From Malacoraja senta (lineage: Eukaryota), in NCBI GenBank assembly GCA_038087875.1, contig CM075996.1, positions 9,736,001 through 9,800,000 of the forward strand: a stretch of DNA of 64,000 nt, written 5' to 3'. A program made the translations under genes and the position numbers. Positions 1 to 12,935 of the stretch are shown here, piece after piece. How positions within the stretch are numbered: the first letter of the stretch is position 1; the number at the start of each line of letters is the position of its first letter. Under the pieces are notes generated by a model. It saw nothing but the letters and a program-made list of their open reading frames with translations. It ran no database searches and had not been told where the DNA came from.

Positions 1-73
1 GCCTTTATAACATCACCTCATGTAGATAGATCACGGACAGGTGTGTAAACTGAACTGCCTTGTGCAGTGTTAG

Positions 74-428
74 AAACATAGAAAATGTTCTATGCAGGAG
101 TAGGCCATTCGGTCCTTCGAGCCATTCAATATGATCATGGCTGATCATCCACAATCAGTACCCCGTTCCTGCTTTCTCCCCATATCCCTTGATTCCGTTA
201 GCCCTAAGAGCTAAATCTAACTCACTCTTGTATACATCCAGTGAATTAGCCTCCACTGCCTTCTGTGGCAGAGAATTCCCCAGATTGGCTGAAAAAAGGT
301 TTTTCCTCATCTCAGTCCCAAATGGCCTTTCCCTTATTCTTAAACTGTGACCCCTGGTTCTGGACCCGCCCAACATTTTTCCTGCATCTAGCCTGTCCAA
401 TCCCTTCAGAATTCGCTATGTTTCTATG
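74..428 (-). mobile_element. CR1-clade LINE 3' fragment
   Basis: ORF2 C-terminus ([29 protein letters not shown]) plus CR1 3'UTR and TTCTATGT tail. Confidence 0.9.
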
Positions 429-539
429 TTGAAGGAATTTCAAGTTCCCGCTGAAAGGAACCGTTTACAGCATCATGGCGTCACGGCTGAACTGCCCGAC
501 TCTAGTTCTGAGATGATCCCCTTTTTGTTCTGGTCTCCT

Positions 540-650
540 GCACAAATAAAAAACAGCTGGAGTCACTCAGCGGGACAGGCAGCATCTCTGGAGAGAAGGA
601 ATGGGTGACGTTTCGGGTCGAGACCCTTCTTCAGACTGAGAGTCAGGGAG
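540..650 (-). mobile_element. Penelope pLTR-derived fragment with hammerhead-like motif
   Basis: Reverse complement contains CAGT-CTGAAGA-AGGGTCTCGACCC-GAAACGTC; same sequence follows the Penelope GIY-YIG tail at 37577-37945. Confidence 0.75.
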
Positions 651-880
651 CCTCCAGCATGTAAACCACCATCCGCAGTTACTTCCTACCCAAAGTGCTG
701 GAGGAGCTTAGCATTAGGCCAGGCAGCATCTCCGCAGGGCATGGATAGGTGAGCCAAAACGTTGCCTATCCATGTCCTCCACAGAAGCTGCTTGACTTGC
801 TGAGTTGCTCCAGCGCTTTGTGCTTTGCTCACGACTCCAGCATCTGCAGGCTCTAGTTTTTTTACTCTACCTGCTTTCAC

Positions 881-1220
881 AAGTTCACAAGTTATAGGAG
901 TAGAATTAGGCCATTCGGCCCATCGAGTCCACTCCGCCATCCAATCGTGGCTGATCTCTGCCTCCTCATCTCATTTTCCTGCCTTCTCCCCATAACCCTT
1001 GACACCCGTTCTAATCAAGAGTTTGTCTATCTCTGCCTTCAAAATATCCACTGACTTGGCCTCCACAGCCCTCTGTGGCTATAAATTCCACAGATTAACT
1101 ACCCTCTGACTAAAGAAGTCCCTCCTCACCTCTTTTCTAAAAGCGCACCCTTTAATTCTGAGGCTATGACCTCTGGTCCTAGACTCTCCCACCAGTGGAA
1201 GCATTCTTTATGCATTCACT
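881..1220 (-). mobile_element. CR1-clade LINE 3' fragment (second subfamily)
   Basis: Same 3' end as copies at 18591-18911 and 46085-46495. Confidence 0.85.
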
Positions 1221-1724
1221 CTCTGCTTTATCAAATCCTTTAATCATTTTCAATTCCTTGATTCAATTACCCATTAGCTCTTTTAAGTCACGGGAGCACA
1301 GGCCAGGTCTGTGCAAGTATTAACTGTTTGTACGCCAGTATCTCCTTGCTAAATCTAATGTCTTTGTATTGTCTTTCTGATGACTGGATAGTACGCAACA
1401 AAAGCTTTTCACTCGGTACACGTGACAATGAACTAAACTGAAATCTACCGAGTGTGTCCTCCGGGACATATTAATCCGTCCTGTGACGTCTTACAGCAGG
1501 TAGTGCTGCTGCCCCATAGTTCCAATGATCCTGGTTCAATCCCGGCCTCAGCGGCAGTCTGTGTGGAGTCCGACTTCCATCTTAGGACAGCGTGGGTTTC
1601 CTCCCGGTGCTCCGGTTTCCCCCCCCCACATTTCACGGGCGAAATGACAGTTTCATTGCGGTAAATCACCTCTCTGTGTGGGCAAGCGGCAGAGTCATCC
1701 GACAGGAGTTCATGGGATTGCGAG

Positions 1725-2050
1725 GGGCGGCACGGTGGCGCAGCGGTAGAGTTGCTGCTTTGCAGCGCTAACAGCGCCCAGAGACCCGGGTTCGATCCTG
1801 ACTACGGGTGCTTGTCTGTACGGAGTTTGTACCTTCTCCCCGTGACCTGCGTGGGTTTTCTCCGAGAACTTCGGTTTCCTCCTGCACTCCGAAGACGCAC
1901 AGGTTTGTAGGTTAATTGGCTTGGTATAAAATGTAAGAATTGTCCCTAGTGCAGGATAGTGTCAATGTGCAAAGATCGCTGGTCGGTACGGACTCGATGG
2001 GCCGAAGGGCATGCTTCCGCGCTGTGTTTCTAAAAGTGAAACTAAAATTA
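1725..2050 (+). mobile_element. HE1-like tRNA-derived V-SINE
   Basis: A box (GGTGGCGCAGCGG), B box (GGTTCGATCC), V-SINE core (..GTTTGTACCTTCTCCCCGTG..), CR1-like tail GGGCCGAAGGGC, (CTAAA)n end. Confidence 0.9.
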
Positions 2051-2630
2051 ATTGCAGGGGTGCGGCAGAGAGGAGCTGGGACAGATGTTGGGAACTGGTT
2101 TGGATTCAATGGACTGAATGGCCTCCCATGTTAGACATAGGGTCAAGTAGCACAGAAACATGCCCACCCTGTCTGTGCCGACCATCAGCTGGGTACCCTT
2201 CTATACTAATCTTATTCACTACCACTTGGCCTCCAGTGCCTTGGTGAATCAAGTGGGCATCCCGATACTTAAATGTTATGTGAGTCTCTGCCTCCAGCAA
2301 GCCCTCGGGCTGTGTGCTCCAGATTCCAAACCCCCTCCGGGTGAAACTATTCCGCCTCAGATTCCCTCGAACCCTCTCACTCATTATTCCCTGCATTGTT
2401 ATGAGTGAAGAACGCTGCAGCAAAAGACTGACTAAAGAGCCTAGCATTATCTTTAATCGGACATTGACTGGACTTTATCTTGCACTAAACGTTATTCCCT
2501 TTATCATGTACTGCCCCTCTGAAACTCCCTGACAGGACATCCTGCTCATGGACAGTATGGGATGAGCAATGAATGGTCTCTCTTCATATTTGGGATCAAC
2601 TTTCTCCTTGACACCCCCATAGCTGAATTT

Positions 2631-3257
2631 CATAGAAACATAGAAAATAGGTGCAGGAGGAGGTCATTCGACCCTTCGAGCCAGAACCGCCATTCATTGC
2701 GATCATGGCTGATTGATCCCAATCAATAGCCCGTGCCTGCCTTCTCCCCATATCCCTTGACTCCACTAGCCCCTAGAGCTCTATCTAGCTCTCTCTTAAA
2801 TCCATCCAGTGATTTGGCCTCCACTGCCCTCTGTGGCAGGGAATTCCACAAATTCACAACTCTCTGGGTGAAAACTTTTTTCTCACCTCAGCCTTAAATG
2901 ACCTCCCCTTTATTCTAAGACTGTGTCCCCTGGTTCTGAACTCGCCCAACATTGGGAACATTTTTCCTGCATCTAGCTTGTCCAGTCCTTTTATAATTTT
3001 ATATGTTTCTATAAGATCCCCCCTCATCCTTCTAAACTCCAGTGAATACAAGCCTAGTCTTTTCAATCTTTCCTCATATGACAGTCCCGCCATCCCAGGG
3101 ATCAATCTTGTGAACCTACACTGCACTGCCTCAATCACAAGGATGTCCTTCCTCAAATTAGGAGACCAAAACTGTACGCAATACTCCAGATGTGGTCTCA
3201 CCAGAGCCTTATACAACTGCAGAACCACCTCTCTACTCCTATACTGAAATCCTCCTG
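2631..3257 (-). mobile_element. CR1 LINE, 5'-truncated
   Basis: [35 protein letters not shown]2 C-terminus, AGAAACAT tail. Confidence 0.93.
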
Positions 3258-3317
3258 TTGACATCTGAAGTAGATTATTTCCTAGGCAGCCAAGGATAAA
3301 TATGAAGCACTGGTACC

Positions 3318-4110
3318 CCGGGTAGAGCCACTGCCTCACAGTGCCAGAGACCCGGGTTCGATCCTGACCTCGGGGGCTGTCTGTACGGAGTTTGTACGTT
3401 CTCCCCGTGACCTGTGTGGGTTTTCTCCGGGTGCTCCGGTTTCTTCCCACACTCCAAAGATGTGCAGGTTTGTAGGTTAATTGGCTTTGGTAACATTGTA
3501 AGTTGTCCCCAGTGTGTGTAGGATGGTGTTAGTATGGGTGTATTTTTCCAAAATGTAAGTATAAGTTTTTTTTGCCATGCCAACGCTCAAAATGTGGATT
3601 TCAAACATGTTGGACACCGCACATCTTGAGGAAATGCGATTCCTCCTAATAGATAAATCAGACCAATTCTTAACGAGTTGGTCTCCATTTAGCGACTTTT
3701 TGGAATCATATGGTGCAACAAAATCGTAGAAACTAACTGTTTCAGGACTGGGTGAGGGATGGTCAAGAATATAAATAACGATCTCCTTAATCTCTTACTT
3801 TCTACTCTTTCTCTTTCTATCTTCTTTTCTTCACTTTTCCTCTTTCCCCCCTTTTTTCCTTTTCACACACCATATATCACACGTTTTTCTATCTTTTATT
3901 AACTATTCTCTCTTTTTCTCTTTCATTATTATAAAATAAGAAGCTGTATATAAAATGTCATGTCAATATATATTAGGCCCCTTGGTGCCATATTCCTGTA
4001 CTTCTAATAAAATAAAATAAAGGTTAGTGTTAGAGTGCGGGGATCGCTGGTTGGCGCGGGATCGGTGGGCCAGAGGGCCTGTTTCCGCGTTCTATCTCTA
4101 AACTAAACTA
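3318..4110 (+). mobile_element. HE1-like SINE split by an L1 insertion
   Basis: 5' part to 3532, 3' part resumes at 4021. Confidence 0.85.
3533..4020 (+). mobile_element. L1-clade LINE 3' fragment with 5' inversion
   Basis: PTLKMWISNMLDTAHLEEMRF..WSPF on +; preceding KKLILTFWKNTP segment inverted at 3535-3578; AATAAA-rich tail; imperfect TSD AGGATGGTGTTAG/AGGTTAGTGTTAG. Confidence 0.85.
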
Positions 4111-4284
4111 ATCATACAGGTTCGTAGGTTCATTGGCCCTGTAAATTGCCCCTCATGTGTTGGTGGTGGATGAGAAAGTGGGATAAGATAGAACCAGTGT
4201 GGACAGGTGATCGATGGTCGGCATGGACTCGGTGGGATGAAGGGCCTGTGTCCATGCCGTGTCCTTATAACAAAATGTGATAGA

Positions 4285-4490
4285 AAGTAGGTGCAGCGGT
4301 AGGCCATTCAGCCCTTCGAGCCAACACTGCCATTCAATATGATCATGGCTGATGATCCAGAATCAGTACCCTTCTTCCCCATATCCCTTGATTCCGTTAG
4401 CCCTAAGAGCTGAATGTAACTCTCTCTTGAATACATCCAGTGGATTGTCTCCACTGCCTTCTGAGACAGAGAATTCCACAGATTGACAAC
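4285..4490 (-). mobile_element. CR1 3' fragment
   Basis: [14 protein letters not shown] motif and CR1 3'UTR. Confidence 0.85.
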
Positions 4491-4967
4491 TGACATTGAT
4501 CTCACTGGGACTGGGGCAGGTGTGAGGGGTGTGGAAGGAGCGGGGTTGGATGCTGTAACTCTTGCTGCTCGACAGATGAGCTGCAGGCTTTTCTGACGGC
4601 AGCGCCTCTGGCTAAGTAAGCTGCCTGTCAGTTTGGGCATGTGTCAATGCTTCTCAGGATGTCAGGAGGAGTTGCTTGGCATGGCCATCACAAACGTCTG
4701 GTGTAGAGTCCATTATCCAGCCGGAACTAAGTGTGGCATCCTCAGAGCCATGATCGTTTCACATCTGCCGTCTGAAGAAGGGTCTCGACCCAAAACTTCA
4801 CATATTCCTTCTCTCCAGAGATGCTGCCTGAGTTACTCCAGCTTTTTGTGTCTATCTTCGGTTTAAACCAGCATCTGCAGTTCCTTCTTACACATTTCGT
4901 CTGCCCAATGCTCGCTCTGGAATCACTGCAATGTTGCCACTTTTGTCACTTACTCCCTGCATCGGGA

Positions 4968-5258
4968 AGGCACGGTGGCAGAGTTGCTGCCTCACAGCGC
5001 CAGAGACCCAAGTTCGATCCTGACCTCGGGGGCTGTCTGTATGGAGTTTGTACGTTCTCCCCGTGACCTGCGTGGGTTTCCTCTGGGTGCTCCGGTTTCC
5101 CCCCACACTCCAAAGACGTGCAGGTTTGTAGATTAATTGGGTTCTGCAAATTGTCCCTGGCATGCATAGGATAGAACTAGTGTACGGGGTGGTCGGCACG
5201 GACTCGATGGGCTGAAAGGCCTGTTTCCCCACTGCATCCCCAAACTAAACTAAACTGA
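4968..5258 (+). mobile_element. HE1-like SINE
   Basis: tRNA head, V-core, (CTAAA)n tail. Confidence 0.88.
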
Positions 5259-5549
5259 ACAAATAACCTGCCAAGCATTATAGCACAGTCTCATCACTTA
5301 TATTAATATACTATAATGAATAGGTGAATGTATTATTAATTGTTAATTAATAATAATGGTTGTACTGTTAATCTGCTGGCAATGAATGAGACAGTGAGGA
5401 TGTTGTGTGCTTGCTCTTTGTACCCCAGAGTAAAGTCTAAGCCACTTACACCATATGGACAATCAGCACCTTTTTCTTCAGGGTGGGAATATCAAAGACT
5501 AGAGGGCATATCTTCAAAGTGTTTGGAGCAAAGTTTAAAAGAGATGTGT

Positions 5550-7515
5550 TTATTTTTTTTTTATTTATTATTTATTTATTTATTTATTTGTTCCAAACCA
5601 GTAAAGACATAAATAGGAATAAATAACAACAACAAAATCGAAATAGTCAAACATTGGACATTCCAGGCAATATTTGCAAAGCAATGAAAAGCATACTGCA
5701 AAATTTAAATGTCCAACACTTTTTCTTTACAAGCTCGAAAAGGAGTGAGAAGAAGAATAACTTATTTAATCTCACCCCTTCTCCCTAAACCCTTCTTCCA
5801 TATTTAATAATTAATTAATTAATAATAATAATACCCCAGACAATTTTTAGAGATACATACAGCCATATATATACATACAACTGATATACACATACAAGTA
5901 ATATGTATGTAGTAACCAAAAGGCATAAATAAATAATAAATAAACATTAACCCCTGTTTGTCAACCATCCCCTTCATCCCTGTACCTTGTGAAAACAAGT
6001 TTTTTGTATGTCATTTTGAACTGGTTCATGTTTGGACATTGCTTTAATTCCACATTCAAACTGTTCCACAATCCTACTCCACAGACCGAAATACAAAAAG
6101 TTTTTCTGGTCGTGCGGACTCTTTGTACCTTAAAATTAAATATTCTTCTTCAATTATAACCCCCCACTCGCACATTAAATAATTTTTGTATATTTCCAGG
6201 TAAGTTTTTATTTTTGGCCCTAAACATTATCTGTGCTGTTTTTTTTTTGTTTTTTTTTGAAAATATTTTTTATTGGAGATAAGTACACAACCTATTAACA
6301 TCATTACAGTCTTACATTTTTAAATTGATAATATTATCAATTATTATTACATTGTCTCCAATACCTTTTGCCTTTTTTTAAATTTTAAACTAGATAGAAC
6401 TAAAAAGATAGATGAAGTAAAGAAAGAAAAGAAAGAGAAGAAAAAGAGAGAAAAAAAAAAGAAAAAAAAACACAAAAAAAACAACAAAACAAAAGAGAAA
6501 GATAGTTAAAGAAGAATGGAAAAATTTATTAAAATAAAAAATTTCATTCGAGATATATTCGTACATTTCAGAGTATAGCATTTCATCCATTCTTTAGCCC
6601 GAGCATTAGTCAGGTTCCTGTGCTGAACCATTCTGACCCTTTAAATAATCAATAAAGGGAGACCATGTTCCAACGAATAATTCCTGTTTGTCCAACAGGG
6701 AAAATCTGATTCTTTCCACGTTTAAGGTCTCCGTCATTTCTATAATCCACATTTTGATTATGGGGGTTATAGGGCCTTTCCAAAATTTTAGAATTAATTT
6801 TTTTCCTGTTCTTATACTATAATCAATAAAGTTTCTTTGTGTTGTTGTAAATGTTTGATTTAATTCTGATGTTCCAAGTATTATAAATTTTGGATCCGGG
6901 TCCACTTGTGTGCTGGTCACTTTAGATATTATACTAAAAATATTTACCCAGAATTTTTTAATTTTTGTACAGTTTGCAAACATATGAGATAAGGTGGCTT
7001 CTAAATGTTGACATTTATCACATATAGGTGAGATATGTTGAAACGTGAGGTGTGCTGTTTTAAATGCAACCAAATCTTCTAATTTTAATAATTTTGACTG
7101 TAAGAATAATGGATTAGTGTGACCCAGATACCCGAAGTATTTTATTGATAAGGACAATGAAAGTTATAATAGGAGGATGTAGCTAATAGCTTTAATAATT
7201 TTTTTGTAAATGTTGGACCAGACCTGGCTAAACAAATCCCTGATCCAGGGACATCTGGAGAAACTCCTGAGAATCTATTGGAGAGAAATCCCTGCTCTAT
7301 GTTTCTTATGGCAGTAGATGAAAAAGAACTGTTGGAAATTGTTAAAACAAATAAAAACAAAATGTCTACTGATGTCAACGACATTGACATGTCGTTAGTT
7401 AAGATGGTCATTGAGGGGATTTCCAAACCTCTAACATTTATTTGTAATTTATCTTTCCAAACCGGTACTTTTCCAATTAAAATGAAAATAGCAAAAGTCA
7501 TACCAATATACAAAA
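5550..7515. mobile_element. L2/CR1-superfamily (Crack/Daphne-like) LINE, 5'-inverted and interrupted by an L1
   Basis: Minus: HTNPLFLQSKLLKL..AQIMFRAKNKNLP..GVGLWNSL with (TTTA)n tail on +; plus 7150-7515: NFFVNVGPDLA..LTFICNLSFQTGTFPIKMKIAKVIPIYK (pre-RT region). Clade assignment tentative. Confidence 0.75.
6243..7050 (-). mobile_element. L1-clade LINE 3' fragment
   Basis: Zinc-knuckle CDKC..TLSHMFANC, KKLILKFWK, WSPFIDYL; AATAAA and poly(A); TSD TGTGCTGTTTT at 6232-6242 and 7051-7061. Confidence 0.9.
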
Positions 7516-8048
7516 CTTGTCCAACACATTGCTTGTGTAGGACAAGTGTTTTAACCACAGGGTGGTGGGTGTTTGGAACGAGCTGCCAGGGTGGTGGTGG
7601 AGGCAGATACAACCGAGGCTTTTGGATGGATACATGAAAGTGCAGGGAATAGAGGGATATGGATCCTATGTAGTTTAACCTGGATGCATGGACATTGTGG
7701 GCCAAAGGGCCTGTTCCGGTGCTGTACTGCTCGATGTAGAAACCAGCAACTGTAGATACCGGTTTACAAAAAAAAAGATGCAAGAGTGCTGGAGTAACGC
7801 AGCGGGTCTGGCAGCATCTGTGGAGGACTTGGATCCGTGCTGTTTCCAATCGGGTCCTTTCTTCAAATTGATTGTAGCGGGGAGAAAGCTGGGACCAGGT
7901 CTGGCAAGTGATAGGTGGATACAGGTATGTGGGGCGAGGTTTGATCTGTAGATGGTTGGACAAAGGCCAGAGATGAAAGGCCAAAACGTAGATGATAAGT
8001 GTAAGTGTAGAAGATGCGCAGAATGTGAAGCCCGAGGAAGCCATGGGC

Positions 8049-8345
8049 AGGCACGGTGGCGCAGCGGTAGAGTTGCTGCCTTACAGCGCTAGAGACCCCG
8101 GTTCGATCCTGACTACCGGTGCTGTCTGTACGGAGTTTGTACGTTCTCCCAGTGATTTCTATGGGTGCTCCAGTTTCCTCCCACATTCCAAAAACGTACA
8201 GGTTTGTAGGATAATTGGCTTCGGTAAAATTGTAGATTGTCCCTAGTGTGTGTAGGATTGAGCTAGTGTGCGGGGATCGCTGGCCGGCGCGGACACGGTG
8301 GGCTGGTGGTTCCGCGCTGTATCTCTAAAGTCTAAAAGTAAAATG
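8049..8345 (+). mobile_element. HE1-like SINE
   Basis: Full head-core-tail. Confidence 0.9.
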
Positions 8346-8590
8346 TTACATGGGGAAGGGTGTGGGGTGAAAGGGAAAGGGTGAAATGGGTGCTATATTC
8401 TAAATAGCCGGGGCACTCTCCAATACAGACCAGCTCACATCACATTGGTTGTAAACAACTGATTTACAAGCTGACAGCAGATGGTCCTCGCTTCTGACCT
8501 ACAATTAGATGCGTTGTTGCAGGCAGCGCACACCCTGCGCCTCGCTGCTCCTGTGCAGTTGCTGCTTCCTGAGCACTGGGCTCAGATTGT

Positions 8591-9045
8591 CATAGAAACA
8601 TCGAAAATAGGTGCAGGAGTAGGCCTTTCAGCCCTTCGAGCCTGCACCCCCATTCAATATGATCATGGCTGATCATCTCAAATCAGTACCCCGTTCCTGG
8701 TTTTACCCCATATCCCCGGATTCCTTTAGCCCTAAGAGCTAAATCTAACTCTCTCTTGAATACATCCAGTGAATCGGCCTCCACTGCCTTCTGTGGCAGA
8801 GAATTCCACAGATTCACAACTCTCTGGGTGAAAAGGTTTTTCCTCATCTCAGCCCTTATTCTTATTCCCCCTTATTCTTAAACTGGACTCCCCCCAACAT
8901 CGGGAACATTTTCCCTGCAGCTAGCTTGTCCAATCCCTCAAGTTTCTATAAGATATCCTCTCATCCGTCTAAATTCCAGTGAATACAAGCCCAGTCGACC
9001 CATTCTTTCATCATATGACAGTCCCGCCATCCCGGGAATGAACCT
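8591..9045 (-). mobile_element. CR1 3' fragment
   Basis: Similar to other CR1 copies, AGAAACAT tail. Confidence 0.88.
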
Positions 9046-9075
9046 GGACTTAATCATGTTTGATTTAGTTGATGG

Positions 9076-9078
9076 GAA

Positions 9079-9127
<49 letters not shown>
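9076..9127 (+). repeat. (GGGACA)n microsatellite
   Basis: About 8 tandem hexamers. Confidence 0.95.
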
Positions 9128-9128
<1 letters not shown>

Positions 9129-9169
9129 CAGTAATTGTTCATCACTAATTAACCTGAAGACCAAGTAAG

Positions 9170-9975
9170 AATCCAGATAGACCAAAGAGCTGGAATAACT
9201 CAGCGGGACAGGCAGCATCTCTGGAGAGAAGATGATGATGCAGAGAGATAAAGAACAATGAATGAACGATGTGCAAAAAAAGTAATGATGATAAAGGAAA
9301 CAGGCCATTGTTAGCTGTTTGCTGGGTGAGAACGAGAAGCTGGTGTGACTTGGGTGGGGGAGGGATGGAGAGAGAGGGAATGCTGGGGTTACTTGGAGAT
9401 AGAGAAATCAATATTCATACCACTGGGGTGTAAGATGCCCAAGTGAAAGATGAGATGCTGTTCCTCCAATTTGCGTTCAGTCTCACTGACAATGGAGGAG
9501 ACCGAGGACAGAAAAGTCTGTGTGGGAATGGGAAGGAGAATTAAAGTATTTAGCAACCGGGAGATCAGGTAGGTCCAGGCTGTAACGGGGATAGCTTGGA
9601 CCCGATAGCAGCACAGAATCAGGCAGGTATAGTTGGCACTGAACTTTATTCCGATACTGTAACACAGGAATGGGTACACCGTACTCACACAGAGGCTCAG
9701 GATTGAGCGAGGGTTCCGAAGAGGGGCAGGGCAGGCAGGTTCGAATCCGTGTAGGCAGTCGGGAAATCGCTGGAGAGTCTTGCATGAATGCTGAGAACAA
9801 TCTGGCACTGTGGGAACGGTGAGCAGAGTCTATATACCGGATTAATTGGTGATCAGAGGCAACTGAGTGCCACAGGTGAGGAGAGTTGGGCTGATGAGAG
9901 GGGAGTGGCAGGCAGGCAGGAGAGGGCAGACTGTGACACAGGCGGACTGAGCGAAGGTGTTCAGCTAAACGATCC
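9170..9975 (-). mobile_element. Penelope-like element 3' fragment (GIY-YIG C-terminus), split by a solo LTR
   Basis: RLAEHLRSVR / PDLPVAKYFNSPSHS..RKLEEQHLIFHLG..GMNIDFS. Confidence 0.85.
9581..9938 (-). mobile_element. Solo LTR (probably Gypsy-type)
   Basis: TGTAAC...GTGACA termini, 5-bp TSD CAGGC (9576-9580, 9939-9943), TATA-like (~9830) and AATAAA (9645-9650) on minus. Confidence 0.85.
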
Positions 9976-10287
9976 AACCACATTGACGGGGGCTGGAATA
10001 GCGTAACGTGTACACAGAGGGAGGTGGTGGAGGTAGGTACGATAGTAGTGGTGTTTAAGAGGCTTTTGGACAGGCACGTGGAAATGCAGGGGATAAAGGG
10101 ATATGGATCACGTGCAGGCAGAGGCATCATGGGGTAAGGATAATGAACCTGCCACCTTGAAGGATTTCAGTAATCAGATTTCAAACACCAGTCTGGAAGG
10201 TTCATGTCACCATTACTAATGATTAAGTGCATTATTTAGATTTAAATACCCCAGCTATCCTGCTGGGATCAGAACATCTGCAGCAGG

Positions 10288-10550
10288 GTGGCACGGTGGT
10301 GCAGCGGTAGAGTTGCTGCCTTGCAGCAGTCACAGTGCCGGAGACCCAAGTTCGATCCCGACTACGGGTGCTGTCCATACGGAGTTTGCACGTTCCCCCC
10401 TCACTCGCATGGCTTGTCTTCAGTTTCCTCCCACACTCCAAAGACGTACAGGTTTGTAGGTTGATTGGCTTGGTGTGTGTGTGTCAATTGTCCCCAGTGT
10501 GTGTGGGATAGTGTTAGAGGGCGGGGATCGTTGCTCGGTGTGGACTCGGT
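10288..10550 (+). mobile_element. HE1-like SINE
   Basis: tRNA head and V-core. Confidence 0.87.
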
Positions 10551-11404
10551 ACAGTTACACTGGATGCCTGTTGCTCCCTCCACTTGGATTGGTGGGTGTA
10601 TGGAACGAGCTGCCAGAGGAGGTAGTCGAGGCTGGGACTATCCCAACGTTTAAGAAAGAGTTAGACAGGTACATTGATAGGACACGTTTGGAATGATATG
10701 GACCAAACGCGGGCAGGTGGGCCTAGTGTACATGGGATATGTTGGCCGGTGTGGGAAAGTTGGGCTGAAGGGCCTGTTTTCACACTGTATCACTCTCAAA
10801 ATGCTTGGAAACACATAGCATCAGACTCAGGAACATCTTTGTCCCCACTGTCACCAGAGGACTGAACAGACTTCTCATAGGTGAAGGATGTGTTCCCAAT
10901 CTTCCCATCTTCCTCAATATTGCTAATGCACTTTTTTCTCATCATGCACTTTCTCGGTAGCTGAAACACGAGATTCTGCACTCTTTATTTTCTCTTTTGC
11001 ACTATATGTTGCACTCATGTATGGTACAATATGCCCAGATACCACAAGGTATAACATGTCCACTGTATCTCCGGTACACATGACAAAAATGAACCAATAT
11101 CAACACCAATGCCAACAGCATGCAATCTTTTGTCTATGCAATTCCATGAATAAATTGAAGTCATGATAGAGTCATACAGCGTGGAAACAGACCCTTTGGC
11201 CCAACTTGCCCACACCAACCATGTCCCATCTACACTAGTCCCACCTGCCTGCATTTGGCCCATATCCCTTTTAACCTGTCCTATCCATGTACCTATCTAA
11301 ATGTTGTAATCCAACCTGCCTAAATAACCTCCGGCAGCTCGTTCCATACACCCAGCACCCTCTGTGAAAAAGTTGCCCCTCGGGTTCTGTTGAAACTTAC
11401 TCCC

Positions 11405-11525
11405 CTCACCTTAAACCTATGTCTTCACCTTAAACCAACCTATGAATTCACCTTAAACCTACCTATGTCCCTACCTTAAACCTATGTCCTCACCTTTACC
11501 TATGTCCTCACCTTAAACCCATGTC
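11405..11525 (+). repeat. Tandem ~19-bp repeat (CCTCACCTTAAACCTATGT) expanded inside an old CR1 fragment
   Basis: About 6 imperfect copies. Confidence 0.8.
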
Positions 11526-11771
11526 CGCTCTATTCCCCTGCACTGAGCAAGAGCCTCTGTGTGTTTACTTGATCTATTCTTCTCATGATGTTGGGATGTT
11601 TCACATCGAACCTAAGAGAGAGTGCTATGCGGTTGAATGCCTCAGCTCTTCCCCTGTGGAACACTAAGTAAGCGGCTTGCTTTGTATGAGGTTTGTATGC
11701 CACTGTGAACTAACCTTGAATAGGCTTTCACAACACATATACAAGAGCATGTCTATTTACAGAGGAGAAAG

Positions 11772-11860
11772 GGGGCGGAGGGGAGGGGAGGGGAGGGGAG
11801 GGGAGGGGAGGGGAGGGGAGGGGAGGGGAGGGGAGGGGAGGGGAGGGGAGGGGAGGGAGG
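11772..11860 (+). repeat. (GGGGA)n pentanucleotide repeat
   Basis: Direct observation. Confidence 0.95.
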
Positions 11861-12319
11861 ATGCCAGTCCCAACAGGTGAGTTCAATGGGGAAGATTTAA
11901 TAGGAACCCCAAGGGGTAACTTCTTTATACAAAGAGTGGTGGGTATATGAAATGGGCTACTAATGGAGGTAGTTGAGGCGGGGACTATCACAACGTTTAA
12001 GAGACATCCAGACAGGTATATAAATAGAGTCTTATAGCGTGGAAACAGGCCCCTCCGGCCCAACTTCCCCACGTTGGCCAATATGTCCCATCTACACTAG
12101 TCCCACCTGCCTGCGTTTGGTCCATATCCTTCCAAACCTGTTCCATCCATGTACCTGTCTAACTGTTTTTTAGACTGTTCGGATAATCCCAGCCTCATCT
12201 ACCTCCTCCGGCAGCTCGTTCCACACACCCACTATCCTTTGTGTGAAAAAGTGACCCCTCAGGTTCCTATACAAACTAGGATAGGGCAAGTGTAGAGGGC
12301 TTTGGGCCATCTGGTGGGT

Positions 12320-12935
12320 CTAGTGTGAATGAGGCATATTGGTCGAGAGGGCGTGTACAAAACATGGATGTAATGTTGAGGCTCTATAAGGCACTGGTAA
12401 GGCCACATTTGCAATATTGTTTTAACAATTTTGGGCACATATCTGAAGAAGGATTTGCTGGCTCTGGAGAGAGTCAGAGGTTTACAAGAATAATCCCAGG
12501 AATGAGTAGGTTAACCTATGATGACTGGGCCCGTACTCGCTGGACTTTAGAAGAATGAGGGGGGACCTCATTGAAACATACTGAATAGTGAAAGGCTTGG
12601 ATAGAGTGGATGTGGAGAGGATGTTTCCACTAGTGGGAGAGTCTAGAGCTAGAGGTCACAGCCTCAGAATTAAAGGACGTTTGTCTAGGAAGGAGATGAG
12701 GAGAAATTTCTATAGTCAGAGGGTGGTGAATCTGTGGAATTCTTTGCCACAGAAGGCTGAGGAGGCCAATGGTTATTTTTAAGGCAGAGATAGATAGATT
12801 TTTGAGTAGTACGAGTGACAGGGGTTATGGGGAGAAGGCAGGAGAATGGGGTTAGGAGGGAGAGATAGATCAGCCATGATTGAATGCAGGAGTAGACTTG
12901 AAGAGCCAAATGGTCAAATTCAACTCCTATCCCTT
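12320..12935 (+). mobile_element. CR1 LINE 3' fragment (degenerate)
   Basis: LYKALVRPHLQYC..; [29 protein letters not shown]. Confidence 0.9.

Noticed and set aside
1725..1810. tRNA genes
   Set aside because: A/B-box heads continue into SINE core and tail; these are SINE heads, not tRNAs
7142..8044. 300-aa ORF, longest in the track
   Set aside because: Chimeric read-through of antisense LINE, CR1 and Penelope UTR fragments with no coherent domain
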